A stretch of DNA of 61,785 nucleotides, filler included, from Pirum gemmata (taxonomy: Eukaryota), in assembly GCA_002812295.1 (NCBI GenBank). It is 21 parts of 21 records of this genome, joined end to end, with 100 filler letters (N's around TTAATTAATTAA, not from the genome) between each part and the next. Parts side by side here need not be neighbours in the genome. Positions count along the whole stretch, not along the records: positions 37,331 to 40,920 come from PDIN01005297.1; positions 41,021 to 43,650 come from PDIN01005298.1; positions 43,751 to 46,368 come from PDIN01005299.1; positions 46,469 to 49,067 come from PDIN01005300.1; positions 49,168 to 51,788 come from PDIN01005301.1; positions 51,889 to 56,309 come from PDIN01005302.1; 15 more parts are not named here. One strand, 5' to 3'. How positions within the stretch are numbered: the first letter of the stretch is position 1; the number at the start of each line of letters is the position of its first letter. The position numbers and the translations under genes are program-made. Shown here one piece after another: positions 40,132 to 52,619 of the stretch. The notes below the pieces were generated by a model. It ran no database searches. It had not been told where the DNA came from and saw nothing but the letters and a program-made list of their open reading frames with translations.

Positions 40132-40920
40132 GCCATTCTAAAAAAACAACTTTTAAAAAAAATCACATTAAGTAGGCAAAAATATACAGTTTATCTTAAA
40201 AAGAAAGAAAATAATCATAAGAATAAGAATAATTATTATTATTTATTATTATTTATTATTATTTATTATTATTTGTTATTAATATTTATTTATTTATTAT
40301 TATTATTCATTATTGATTACTATTTATTATTATTTATTATTATTATTATTTATTATTATTTATTATTGTTATTGGATAATATTATTAATGTTAATGTTTA
40401 TTATTATTATTAGTATTATTAGTATTATTATTAATATTAATATCATAAGTTTTCAAACATTCCCTTTTAGTAGACAAAAACAGTTCCGGATAAATTTATT
40501 CTTAGAACATGAAATTATTATTGTTATTGTTATTAGTATCTTTTTAAAAAAAATCACATTAAGTAGGCAAAAATATACAGTTTATCTTAAAAAAGAAAGA
40601 AAATAATAATATAATAATAATAATAATAATAATATCATAATAATAATAATATCATAATAATATAATAAGGCTGGAAATGGACAGCCATAAGCGGTTTTAT
40701 TACTTCAAAAGCGATAAATTATGTTGATCAATTGAATGGTAAAATGGTGTTAAGAATCAGGACTCAGAAAGATGATGGTTGTGCATTTGATTTCTTGAAA
40801 TTAAAAATAATTACAGGACCCCCAATTTCAACCACAACCTCAACCCCGACCTCCAACCCTACCCCTACCCCCACTTCCAACCCTACCCCTACCCCTACCT
40901 CCGACCCGACCCCTACCCCT
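38319..40920 (+). CDS. Extracellular-type protein fragment: beta-sandwich-like domain plus Pro/Thr linker; exons 38319-38373, 39501-39779, 40670-40920
   Basis: Phase-1 GT-AG junctions join in frame; ends in a TPTSNPTPTP linker at the contig end. Confidence 0.65.
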
Positions 40921-41770
40921 NNNNNNNNNNNNNNNNNNNNNNNNNNNNNNNNNNNNNNNNNNNNTTAATTAATTAANNNNNNNNNNNNNNNNNNNNNNNN
41001 NNNNNNNNNNNNNNNNNNNNTAATAATAATAATAATAATAATTAATTAATGTTTTTTAATAATACAATAATGTTTCATATAGAAACTTATTTCTAGTAGT
41101 TGGTCACAGCTCTTTCCCAAGGACCCAATCTTCCTTTTTCCCTAGTTTGGTCGTTACTTTGAATCCCATAATTCCTTCTTCGTTAAATTAAATGATAAAA
41201 TTATATTTAATATAAACAATTTTGAATTCTTAGTTAGTATGAGCTAGTGGGGTACTAATGAATACTAAAACAATCACCTACTGTATCTTCACAAAGACTT
41301 AAAAATAAATATTTAGAGCCTGAAGTTTATTAGAAAGTTTTCCTTTTTCAATTGTATTATCCTTAGCTTTGACTACAGAACCAAATTCATGAAAACTCTC
41401 CTTTTTAGTATTTCGTTATCAGGACCACTAGATCATACTAAGGATTTAAAAAAAAATTATATTAAAATATAATTTTACCTTTTATTTTAACGAAGCAAGT
41501 ATGAGTGGTGGTGGTGGCGGTGGTGGTGGTGGTGGTGGTGGTGGTGGTGGTGGTGGTGGAAGAAGTAGTAGTAGTAGCAGTAGTAGTAGTAGTAGCAGTA
41601 GTAGTAGTAGTAGTAGTAGTAGTAAAAGTAGTAGTAGATGTCGTAAAGATTATATGGATCCTTGAGAATAATAAAATAATAATCAAAATTAAAAAAAAAT
41701 AACAATGGCGATTTCAATAAATAAAAACAAAATTTAAATAACAATTACTTTTTTATTTTAAATTTTTAAT

Positions 41771-43540
41771 TTAGTGAATCAAATTAAGTACAACAGACAG
41801 AACAGAAATTCCTAAACCCATAACTATTGAAGAAGCCGCACCACCTGTTGGCTTTGTACCGCCAGTACCGCCAGTTCCAGCTCCAGTTCCATTTCCTCCA
41901 GTTCCATTTCCTCCAGTTCCAGTTCCGTTTCCGGGCGTTGTTCCAGTATTACCATCCGGTATATTTGGTAATGGATCGCGTTCAACGGATGAAATATCAA
42001 CCACCCAATTTTTGTCTTTTTTCTCTTGTAAAATTTGTTTACTGCGTAAGCTTATCATTTTGACAAAACCTGTTTCTTTGTACTGTTGAAGAATTATATC
42101 CCTGGGTTCAGAGTCTTTCATAGTACGATTCCACATACCTTTGTCATGAGGAAAGGCGTAACCCAAAGTTTTACCAGGTAAATCGTTCTTATATTTAAAC
42201 TCCCCATTCGGGTATTTATACAATGGCCATTCTTTTGCGTCAGTATAAGGGTTAGGGTCAGGAATTTGAACTACGTCATTATATAAAATAAATTCATGAA
42301 AAGTGGCAAACCTTTGAGCCCACTTTGGTGCTAGACTAATTGGTTTACGATCATCCCTGTCTTTCAAAGTATAGTCATCAGCAGGAGGAAATACTTTCTG
42401 GGCCACGGCCGTTAAAACAGTTTGGTATAAGTTAACATATTGTTCATCTTTCAACAAAACTTCAAGTGGAAGAACAGCTCCTTTGCTCTTTGGAGCGATA
42501 ATGTAAAATTGTTCTATAGGAAAAACATCATTTCTTAACCCTGTATCTAAATCCCATCTTAATAATTTCCATTTCCCCGTAACCGCGTCATGGTACCACT
42601 CATGGTTAGAGTGCTGGGTAAAAAAGTAACCATCTTCATGACCACTATAAAAATCCAAGGCAACGGCTCTAGCAAATACATCATAATCTATTAAATTTCT
42701 TAAGTCTTCCTTATCCTGTTCAGTTAAAGCTAATTTCTTATGCAGCACGTCTAATTTTTTAATGAACTTATCCATATCAGTATAGGCGTCTAGCTCACCG
42801 GTCACAGGGTCTGTTTTATTGTCATTTTGATCTATATTTGCATATTCAACATCCCAACACCTCTTCATTGAAACTTTACCGGCAAGTACTTCTTTCATAT
42901 TACCATTATGACCCTTATAGTGCGTTCCTCTATGCCCCTTTTCATCTTCGCCATAAGTTCTTTTAATCCATTGCTTCCTCATACGCTGCATCACAGAGTA
43001 AATACCTAAAAATTTATTGTTTTCAATAACAGCTGCAAAGGTTACATAACGAGGATAATAACCCATGGAAAGCGCTAAATCACTAGCAAATTTTTCAGCT
43101 ATACCTGTTGTGTCACCCGCTGCCTTTTTAATACTAAATCTATCCCATTCATCAAAGAAATCCTCTTTTCCTTTTTTAACTTTAAAATAGAAATTCTTTA
43201 TTGGTGATTTATGTAAAGAACCATCACCAGTTAATCTAACATATATATCATCATCATAATGCTCTCCCTCCGTTGTAGTTATTCTGATTGAACCATCAAC
43301 GTAGGTTTTGTCTTTTTGAGGCGTTTGGGTAGTATTGAATTCAATACGCATGATTTGTGAATCATTAAATAATTTTGAATTGTACATGTTTGGATACTTT
43401 GCTGTTCGCAAAGCTGGTGCTAGTTGGTGTAACTCCTCCAAATTTTCCAACTTTACAGGATAATCATTAGGTCCTAAAGGTGGAGCAGTTCGTTGCCCAG
43501 TCGCGGCTGTAACGGCCAAAAATGTGAATGCAAATTTCAT
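41771..43540 (-). CDS. CotH-family (spore coat protein H) atypical kinase, secreted, probable GPI anchor
   Basis: Intronless 589 aa; signal peptide; CotH-like motifs VRLTGDGS...KNFYFK, FLGIYSVMQ and DFYSGHEDGY....SNHEWY...TGKWKLLRWDLD; Gly/Thr linker followed by AASS and a hydrophobic C-terminus. Confidence 0.88.
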   Translation of the reverse strand: MKFAFTFLAVTAATGQRTAPPLGPNDYPVKLENLEELHQLAPALRTAKYPNMYNSKLFNDSQIMRIEFNTTQTPQKDKTYVDGSIRITTTEGEHYDDDIYVRLTGDGSLHKSPIKNFYFKVKKGKEDFFDEWDRFSIKKAAGDTTGIAEKFASDLALSMGYYPRYVTFAAVIENNKFLGIYSVMQRMRKQWIKRTYGEDEKGHRGTHYKGHNGNMKEVLAGKVSMKRCWDVEYANIDQNDNKTDPVTGELDAYTDMDKFIKKLDVLHKKLALTEQDKEDLRNLIDYDVFARAVALDFYSGHEDGYFFTQHSNHEWYHDAVTGKWKLLRWDLDTGLRNDVFPIEQFYIIAPKSKGAVLPLEVLLKDEQYVNLYQTVLTAVAQKVFPPADDYTLKDRDDRKPISLAPKWAQRFATFHEFILYNDVVQIPDPNPYTDAKEWPLYKYPNGEFKYKNDLPGKTLGYAFPHDKGMWNRTMKDSEPRDIILQQYKETGFVKMISLRSKQILQEKKDKNWVVDISSVERDPLPNIPDGNTGTTPGNGTGTGGNGTGGNGTGAGTGGTGGTKPTGGAASSIVMGLGISVLSVVLNLIH

Positions 43541-43750
43541 TTCGAAATAATTTTGTTGTTACAAAAAAAGTTTTTAGTTCAATTTTCTTTACAATTTTCA
43601 CTGTTATTATTTTATTTATATTGTATGATCAAATAATAATAATAATAATANNNNNNNNNNNNNNNNNNNNNNNNNNNNNNNNNNNNNNNNNNNNTTAATT
43701 AATTAANNNNNNNNNNNNNNNNNNNNNNNNNNNNNNNNNNNNNNNNNNNN

Positions 43751-43792
<42 letters not shown>

Positions 43793-43849
43793 TACGTATT
43801 AGCTTTATTATTATTATTATTATTACTATTAGCAGTAATAGTAGTAATG

Positions 43850-43891
<42 letters not shown>

Positions 43892-46045
43892 CTAGTAGTA
43901 CCAGTAGAGGTAGAAGTAGAAGTAGAAGTAGAAGTATTAATAGTAGTAGTAGTAGTATTACATAATTGAAAGTATTACAATTATATAGATAATTATAATA
44001 TAATAACATGTTTATTATCTCAATATGTAAATAATATTATGTTACCATACCATTATTGGAATTGGTATTATACCAGTATACTATCAAAACTCTATCAAAG
44101 AAAATTATATACTTACCCTTATAACACCTTATATATATAATATACTTATTAATAATTATATTATATTATATTTTAAAGAATGATGATATAAAATATTTTT
44201 TAATAAATATAATAATAATAATAAACATACTAGTATACTACATATAATTTATACCAAACTATATAATTATTTTTAATTATATATTAAACTACTTTAAATT
44301 GTGGATATTCAGATTTTTAATAGTTTCTCTATGAAGACCTCACCTTTTTCATGTTGTATCATACTTGTTGTCGTTCTTTTTCTTATTTTTTTTTTTCTTA
44401 TCTATAGGTTTCCAACAGCAGTAAATAATAATTATTCTTTTCTCACCTGGGTTACCGGGTTTCCAAGTTCCAACTTCCAACTTCCAACAGCACTCAGGTA
44501 TTTTTCTAACGAAACTTTTTCGCAAAACTTTTTCAGATCTTCAGATCTTTATAAACACCCAGTGTTTCCAAGTATTTTATAAATATAGACTAATATAGTA
44601 CTTTCCATATAAATCCATTTCATTCAATTTGGTATATTTTATTATCTATTTATTCGTTTAAAAATGACAACTTAAATATTATAACCAACCAAATAAATAT
44701 TCACAGTGACAAAATAAATGAAACTCACTATAATAGAGTTGTAAATTATTATTGTAATATCATAGTATGTCCTTACTTTTTACCACTTTTTTTTTTTTTA
44801 TGTTTCAAAACTTAAAAATATATTAAATATCTATTACACTATTATATTCGAAAACTGAAATTATGGTCAAACGAAAAAATCGAACGGGGGGAGGGAATAT
44901 ATATATATTTACCATATATGTATATTATGCTATCTGATTGGTCCGATTACTTAATAATACCGGTATTCTGATTATGCTACTAGGATTATGCTATGATTAG
45001 TCAGTTAGGATTCGGATTTTTATTTTTTCATTTTTCATTTTTTAAAAAATTTGGTATACTTTATTATATATTATTTATTAATTTAAAAGTATCAATTTAT
45101 AAACAACCAAATAAATATTCGGAGTGACAAAATAAATGAAAAGCACAATAGCCTGATTAACTAGCCTGCTATAATATAACATAGATTTAGTATAGATTTC
45201 TACTATTTATAAATAGCTTGCCCATTTCGTCGTGTTTTGTAATAATAATAATAATGAAAATAATAATAATATTGTGTTTTTCATTTATTTTGTCACTCCG
45301 AATATTTATTTGATTGTGTATAATATTTAAATTGATACTTTTAAGTAAATAAATATATAATAAAATATACGAAATTAAATGAAATGGATTTATATTGTAT
45401 TAATTTGGTACTATTTATTGTTTATTTTATAACGACAAAATAACTGAAAAGCGCGATAATAATAATAATAACAATAATAATAATATGTTTACCATATATG
45501 TATATTATGCTATCGCGATCGGTATGCTATGGTTAGTCTGTTAGGATACTGTTAGGATCAGGATTTTTATTTTTTCTTTTTTCATTGCTTCTATTCGCTA
45601 TAGAGCAAAAAAGCTAAAAAAAGTCCGACTTTTGGTTTTCACTATAATATCAGTTTTCGAACGTAAGTAATGTATGTTATTAAATAGATTTGAAATCTTC
45701 GAATATATCATATAAAAAAATGTGGGGGCAATCTATCAGCTAATCTATCCAAGATATCCAACTTGTATAATCCAAGGCTCCATGAAAAAATAATTTCTTT
45801 TTCCTGCGGGTCTTTGAATCTATACATAACAAGTCATAACATTATTACAACCCCCCCCCCCCCACCACCACCACCATAATATGCTCGTGCAACTTTGCAC
45901 CAAAATTCACCCAGCAGCATCATACACCAAAAGCTACATTACACTTAGTACACTACCAGCATCCAGCAACAAAATACCAACACCCTGACCACTCAGCTAG
46001 CTAGTACTACTAATTATAAGTGACAGACTACAAAGGTTACAAGTT

Positions 46046-46237
46046 CTATTGTGCCTTTCAGTTATTTTGTCGTCATAAAATATAAAATAAATAGTACCAA
46101 ATCAATACAATATAAATCCATTTCATTTAATTTGGTATACTTTATTATATATTTATTAATCTAAAAGTATCAATTTAAATACTATAAACAACCAAATAAA
46201 TATTCGGAGTGACAAAAATAAAAGAAAAGCACAATAG
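46046..46237. mobile_element. MITE-like family D (~185 bp), about 13 full or partial copies (~11972, 12353, 44610, 45048, 45271, 46046, 49168, 49644, 50233, 50781, 59363, 60781, 61494)
   Basis: TIR (C)TATTGTGCTTTTCA.TTATTTTGTC...GACAAAATAA.TGAAAAGCACAATAG with a conserved AT-rich core, found in both orientations on four contigs. Confidence 0.8.
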
Positions 46238-47153
46238 CCTACAAGTTACAACTAGCCTGCTATAGATTTCTACTATTTATAAATAGGTAGAATGTTAATA
46301 CCTTGCCCATTTCGTCCTCTTTCGTAATAATTAATAATAACTAATAATAACTAATAATAATTAATAATNNNNNNNNNNNNNNNNNNNNNNNNNNNNNNNN
46401 NNNNNNNNNNNNTTAATTAATTAANNNNNNNNNNNNNNNNNNNNNNNNNNNNNNNNNNNNNNNNNNNNACCCCTAACCCTAACCCTAACCCTAACCCTAA
46501 CCCTTTTCAAAGTACAATTCTCTTTTAAAGCTTCAGATAAGTGTTTTATATCATTATGATAAAAATTGCGGAGGACAGAATCATACCTTTAAATTCAATT
46601 ATGTATTATGAAAAGGGGGAAAAGCCAAAAGTACGCTGTAACCGTAATCCTAACCATAACCATAACCATAATCTTGACCTTAACCTTAACCTTGACCTTA
46701 AACATTAACCCTAACCTTTACCCTAACCCTAACCATAATCCTAACCTTAACCTTAACCTTAACCTTGACCTTAACATTAACCCTAACCTTTACCCTAACC
46801 CTAACCATAATCCTAACCTTAACCTTAACCTTGACCTTAACATTAACCCTAACCTTTACCCTAACCCTAACCCTAACCCTGCCCTAATCCTAACAAAAAA
46901 CCTAACTCTAACTCTAAACCTATAACTCTAAACCTAAATCATACTCAAACGTTAGCAAAAATCTTTACGCACTTGGCTGTGAAAAAGAAAAATAAATAAA
47001 AAATCATACCTACCACTTTCACGAGAATTACACCAATCGATCCAAGGCTCATGGGGAACTGTATAGCTGTCAACGGTCTTATCATCATTACTCATTGTTC
47101 TTACGGCTATTTGCAATGGTAATGGTTATGGTAAAGGTAAAGATAAAGGTAAA

Positions 47154-47201
<48 letters not shown>

Positions 47202-47208
47202 CATTCAC

Positions 47209-48233
47209 CTTATTAATAAGAAGATTTTGGGGTTTCAAATCACGGTGCAGCACTCTATGGTCATGACAAAAGGCTATACCACGTAGTAATTGAAATAAAA
47301 AAGACTTCATAAAAACAACAGGAAAACAATCAGAGAGATTAGAGATATTAAGATTAATGAATAATGTAAGGAAGATTTAATATCATTAAATACAAAACGG
47401 GTCAGGGTTAGGGTTGGGCATTAGGTATCAGGGTTACTGTTACAGTTACGGTTCAGGGTATGGGTTAGGGGTATGGGTATGGGTTAATGGTATGGGTATG
47501 GGTTAGGGGTAACGGTTAGTGTTAGGAGATAGTGTTAGGGTTAACGTTAGCTATAGCGTTAGAGTTAACGTTAACGTTAGCTATAGCGTTAGAGTTAACG
47601 TTAACGTTAGCGTTAGCGTTAGCGTTAGCGTTAGCGTTAGCGTTAGTAAAATCGCTTAGTAATTGAAATTGAAAATACTTTATGAAACAGCGACAACAAA
47701 ACAATTAGAGAGATTAACATTAATAAATAACACACTTCAATATAATAAACAAACAATAAACAATAAACATTAAAAGCTCAGAGTTAGAGTTAAGGGGCCC
47801 TAACCTTAACCCTAACCTTAACCCTAACCCCTAACCATAAACCCTAACCCTGACCAAAACCAAAACCTGGCCCTACACCCTAACCCTAACCCTGTCCCTG
47901 ACTCTGACCCTGATCCTGACCCTGACCCTAACCTTAACCCTAACCCTAACCCTGACCTTGACCTTGACCCTGACCCTGACCTTGACCTTGACCCTGACCC
48001 TGACCCTGACCCTAAACCTAAACCTAACCGGACGTTAAGGTACTTACTTTGACATAAGTTCTATCGACTTCACCACCACAGCTGTCCATATATTTTTTCA
48101 AATCTTGCTCGCAATATTCAAACACGAGAGTTAATTTTTTTTCCGTATGTAAAACATCGAATAGGCGGACTATATTCGGGTGCCTAAGCTCTTTTAATAG
48201 CGAAATTTCCCTGATAGCAGTACACGGTACGCC
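47209..48233 (-). CDS. Cyclin-dependent kinase, CDK5-like with PCTAIRE motif; exons 48048-48233 and 47209-47304
   Basis: [48 protein letters not shown]...|[32 protein letters not shown]; phase-0 GT-AG intron. Confidence 0.92.
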
Positions 48234-48239
48234 CTGGAA

Positions 48240-48732
48240 GTTAAGGTTAGGGTTGGGGTTAGGGTTGGGGTTAGGGTTAGGGTTAGGGTTAGGGTTAGGG
48301 TTAGGGTTAGGGTTAGGGTTAGGGTTAGGGTTAGGGTNNNNNNNNNNNNNNNNNNNNNNNNNNNNNNNNNNNNNNNNNNGGGTTAGGGTTAGGGTTAGGG
48401 TTAGGGTTAGGGTTAGGGTTAGGGTTAGGGTTAGGGTTAGGGTTAGGGTTAGGGTTAGGGTTAGGGTTAGGGTTAAGGTTAGGATTAAGGCTAGGATTAG
48501 GATTAGGGTTAGGGTTAGGGTTAGGGTTATTAGGGTTATCAGGGCTGGGGTTGGGATTAGAGTAATTAGAGTTATTAGGGTTAGGGTTAGGGATATTTGG
48601 GTTCGGGTTAAGATTATTAGGGTTGGGTTTAGGGTTATTAGGGTTATTAGGGTTAGGGTTAGGGTTAGGGTTATTAGGGTTAGGGTTAGGGTTATTAGGG
48701 TTAGGGTTATTAGGGTTAGGGTTAGGGTTACC
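48240..48732 (+). repeat. Intronic (TTAGGG)n array abutting the CDK exon acceptor
   Basis: On the sense (-) strand it reads (CCCTAA)n-CTTCCAG|exon. Confidence 0.9.
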
Positions 48733-48990
48733 TTTAATATCAACTTTTGTTCGGGGATATTTTGTAAATAAAGTGGAGGAGAGGTGCAGTAAATTTTTAG
48801 TATTGAATATTTTTTCTAAAAGAATTAATAATTTCGGATGTTTGCAAGTGAGGTCCCATATAGTTTTGTTATGCAAAGCAATATTAACTTGTTGAGGAGG
48901 AAAATCCTATATATATATAATACTAATAAAACCGCAAACCTCAAAACCGCAAAACCACAGAATCACAAAATCACAAAATCACAAAATCGC

Positions 48991-49028
<38 letters not shown>

Positions 49029-51430
49029 ACAACAACAGCAGCAACAACAGCAACAACAACAACAACANNNNNNNNNNNNNNNNNNNNNNNNNNNNNNNNN
49101 NNNNNNNNNNNTTAATTAATTAANNNNNNNNNNNNNNNNNNNNNNNNNNNNNNNNNNNNNNNNNNNNTTTATTATATATTTATTTATTTAAAAGTATCAA
49201 TTTAAATATTATAAACAAGTAAATAAATATTCGGAGTGACAATAAAAAGCACTATAGTCTTCCATGTTTTGCCATGTTTTTTGCTCCTAGGATATTATTG
49301 TCTTAGGGATATGGTTATCTTTTTTCTTGAAAGATCCCAAGACTATCACTGCTACTATTATAGTAGCTAGACTACTAGACTAGCTAGTCTAGCTAGCTGC
49401 TGCTAGCTGCTACTAGCTAGCTAGAGTTCATCTAACTAGCTACTAGCTAGCTAGTAGGTAGCCAAACTATATGATAGAAAAAAATCAAAAAAATCAAAAA
49501 AATAATCAAAAAAAATCAAAAAATCAAAAAAATCAAAATGGCCAATACTCCTCCTCCTTCTCTTTGACTAGGTCTAGACTCTACTAGCTAGAGTCTAGAC
49601 TACTACTGTTCATCCAGCATAGCAAAAAAGTATGATAATATCATATCGTGCATTTCATTTATTTTGTCGCTCTGAATATTTATTTGGATGGTTATAATCT
49701 TAAAATTGACATTTTTAATTTAATTTGGTTTATTTTACTCTCAAAGCTACTTTTACTCTAGCTACTAAAGTCTAGATAGAAAAAAAAAATGTATCATAGA
49801 CTTCTATATTGTACATAATTATATTTATTATTATAAATAAAAATATCCAATATTTAATATTATAAACAATAATAATGGTAGTTTTATGGTAGATAGACTC
49901 CTGGTACTAAGACCCTTTTTTAAAAGTTTTATTTATCACGATTGTGAGCTATCAATGCTACCGGTGCACTTATTTAACAGCTCTTATTTATCAATATTAT
50001 CACGATATTATTATCATATAAAAAATATATTACTTATCAATTATCATATATAATTGTAGTCTCTATCTGGTAGTTATGGTGATGGTTGAAGCATCGTAGG
50101 TGTATGAAGCTGTATGATACACGACCCTGGTGTACGAACTTTGAAACTTTTAAACTTTTAACAGTTGGAAAAGTTTGGAAGACATACATGGGAACTATGT
50201 TGTATATTACAGCTGATTAAATTAATATATATTATTGTGCTTTTCATTTATTTTGTCACCCCGAATATTTATTTGTTTGTTTATAATATTTAAATTGATA
50301 CTTTTAAATAAATAAATATATAATAAAATATACCAAATTAAATGAAATGGACGATATATGCTATATATACTAATATTACTATTGTTTAAATTTTTAAGGG
50401 GGTAATAGTTATAATACAATTATTGATGACTGGCGAATGACTCCCAACTCTACAACTCTACAACTGTAGCTATGTCATATCGATTTTCGAGAATATATTT
50501 ATTGCATTGAGTATCAGATATTGTATTTTTAAATAATTGAACTACTTATTTAAAATTAATGCCATATGATATTTTGAAATTTTTTGCTGTGATACTTCAG
50601 AAACCAGGAGGCAACATTATTTAATTATTATTATTATTATTATTAATTAAAATTTTTTTGTAAATAATAATAATAATAATAATAATGTTTACTGGACTAT
50701 GTGTACTGTACTCTAGCTACTAGTAGTAGGTAGTAGAGTGGGGTCTAGCTAGTGTGCACTGTATCGTATTAGAATTAGTCTATGCTTTCTTTTATTTTGT
50801 CACCCTGAACATTCGTTTGGTAGGTTATAACCTTTAAAAAGATACTTTTAAATGAACAAGTATATAATAAAATGTAGCAAATTAAATTAAATGGATTTAT
50901 ATTGTATTAATTTGGTACTCTTTATTGTATGACAAAACAACAGTTACTGAAAAGCTCTATAACTCTAAAGAGTAGTCTATCATCATCATAATAATAATAA
51001 TAGTCTATAGGAACTACTAGCTAGCTAGCTAGGCTGTTAGAGTAGCTATTCGATATCATCATACTAGCTAGCTAGCTAGATCAGATAGCTAAGTACTAGT
51101 AGCTAGCTAGTAGCTATCATACCATAAGTTCATATCGATAACTACTATCTGATACCCTAGCTAGCTAGTTCTAGCTAGTTTAATTTTTTTTATTATCATA
51201 ATTATACTGGTAATATCATATAAGACTCAAACACAGCTTCAAATACTCCTACCTACCTACCCCTCGACGTTAATTTCTGGTCAAATCCCCCCTACCCCTT
51301 GACGTGACTTATTATTTGAACGCTCCCTATTAAGGACTTTTTTTGATAAATCTCTGTAGGTAGAAAAAATAGAAATACTTATTATAGACTAATATTTTTA
51401 AATATCATATAATAATAAAATTTTTAAAAT

Positions 51431-51496
<66 letters not shown>

Positions 51497-51706
51497 GAAA
51501 TAATGGGTACAATAAATAATAATTATAATATATAAATCAATAAATAAAAAGAAATTTAGAAGAAAAAAAGAAAAAACAAACCAAAAACATAAAAAAAATA
51601 AAAATATAAAAGTAATAATTTTTTTATTTAATAAATAATAATAAAACATTACGCCTAGACATATTCAATTTACTAAAATTACTTTTTTATATTTCAAAAC
51701 ATAATT

Positions 51707-51788
51707 ATGAAGTTTACTATTTGTGCCCTTATCGCAGCTACTGCTGTGTCTGCTGGATACGAAGCTCGTCCTCCAGCAAAATATGGCG
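51707..51788 (+). CDS. N-terminus of a secreted protein, truncated by the contig end
   Basis: MKFTICALIAATAVSAGYEARPPAKYG: a classic signal peptide resembling the MKF starts of the adhesin and CotH genes. Confidence 0.6.
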
Positions 51789-52109
51789 NNNNNNNNNNNN
51801 NNNNNNNNNNNNNNNNNNNNNNNNNNNNNNNNTTAATTAATTAANNNNNNNNNNNNNNNNNNNNNNNNNNNNNNNNNNNNNNNNNNNNTGTGTGTGTGTG
51901 TGTGTGTGTTCTTTTTTTTTTTTTATATTTATAATACTATTTAACTACTTTATTTATATATCTATTAATATTGTAACATCATTAAAAAAAAAGTTGAACA
52001 CTTAAACTATATATCACTTTTAAGAATTCTATCAATTCTGTTTTTTAGTTTCTCATTCCTCAGAATTTATTTTCTAAACGTTTTTTAACAATTTCTAAAC
52101 TTTTTATAG

Positions 52110-52619
52110 ATCACTGCAGCTCCTCAAATAAGAAATATGGAAAAAGAACTGAAACAGTTTGTACCCGCTTCCATGAGGAGGAAGCCACAGTCAAGTAAAA
52201 CTATTAAAAAAGTTATAAAAAAACCAGTCCCAGGTAACTTGCTTTATTCATGTATTGTTGATTGTGTTAGTTTTACTTTGCATGCCATTCATTGTTATTA
52301 AAAATTCGTAACTTCAACCTTAGTAGACTAACAACAAGTAACAAGTGCAACAATACATTCAGTTTTTAATCCAGCTATTAGTTTAAATTGAAATGAGTCT
52401 TAACATTGCCTAGCAATCATTTGGTAATGTACTAAATTTATTTCAGCTTACCTTTTGTTATTTTACCTTTGCTAACAATATTACAACTCTTCAGGAGCAA
52501 AGAAAACCAACTTTCCAAAAATCAATGCGGCCCCCATTCCCATAAAAAGTACGGAAATGTCTGCTGATGATGCTTTTGCAGCATTTATGTCCGAGAATTC
52601 TGGAAACGCGTTACTTTGA
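52110..52619 (+). CDS. WBP11: WW domain-binding protein 11-like splicing factor, last two exons (52110-52233, 52495-52619)
   Basis: ITAAPQIRNMEKELKQFVPASMRR...ADDAFAAFMSE...LL* matches the WBP11 C-terminal pattern (ISAKPQI...RFVPTALR...DD.YEAFM.E...LL). Confidence 0.72.

Noticed and set aside
214..43540. An 'invasion gene cluster' of adhesin, TSP1 protein, Cys-rich protein and CotH
   Set aside because: The genes lie on separate, artificially joined contigs, so no physical linkage can be inferred.
46469..46503. True chromosome telomeres at contig ends carrying CCCTAA (also 28673, 25954)
   Set aside because: Identical arrays are abundant inside introns, and contigs break at all kinds of simple repeats, so terminal status is unsupported.
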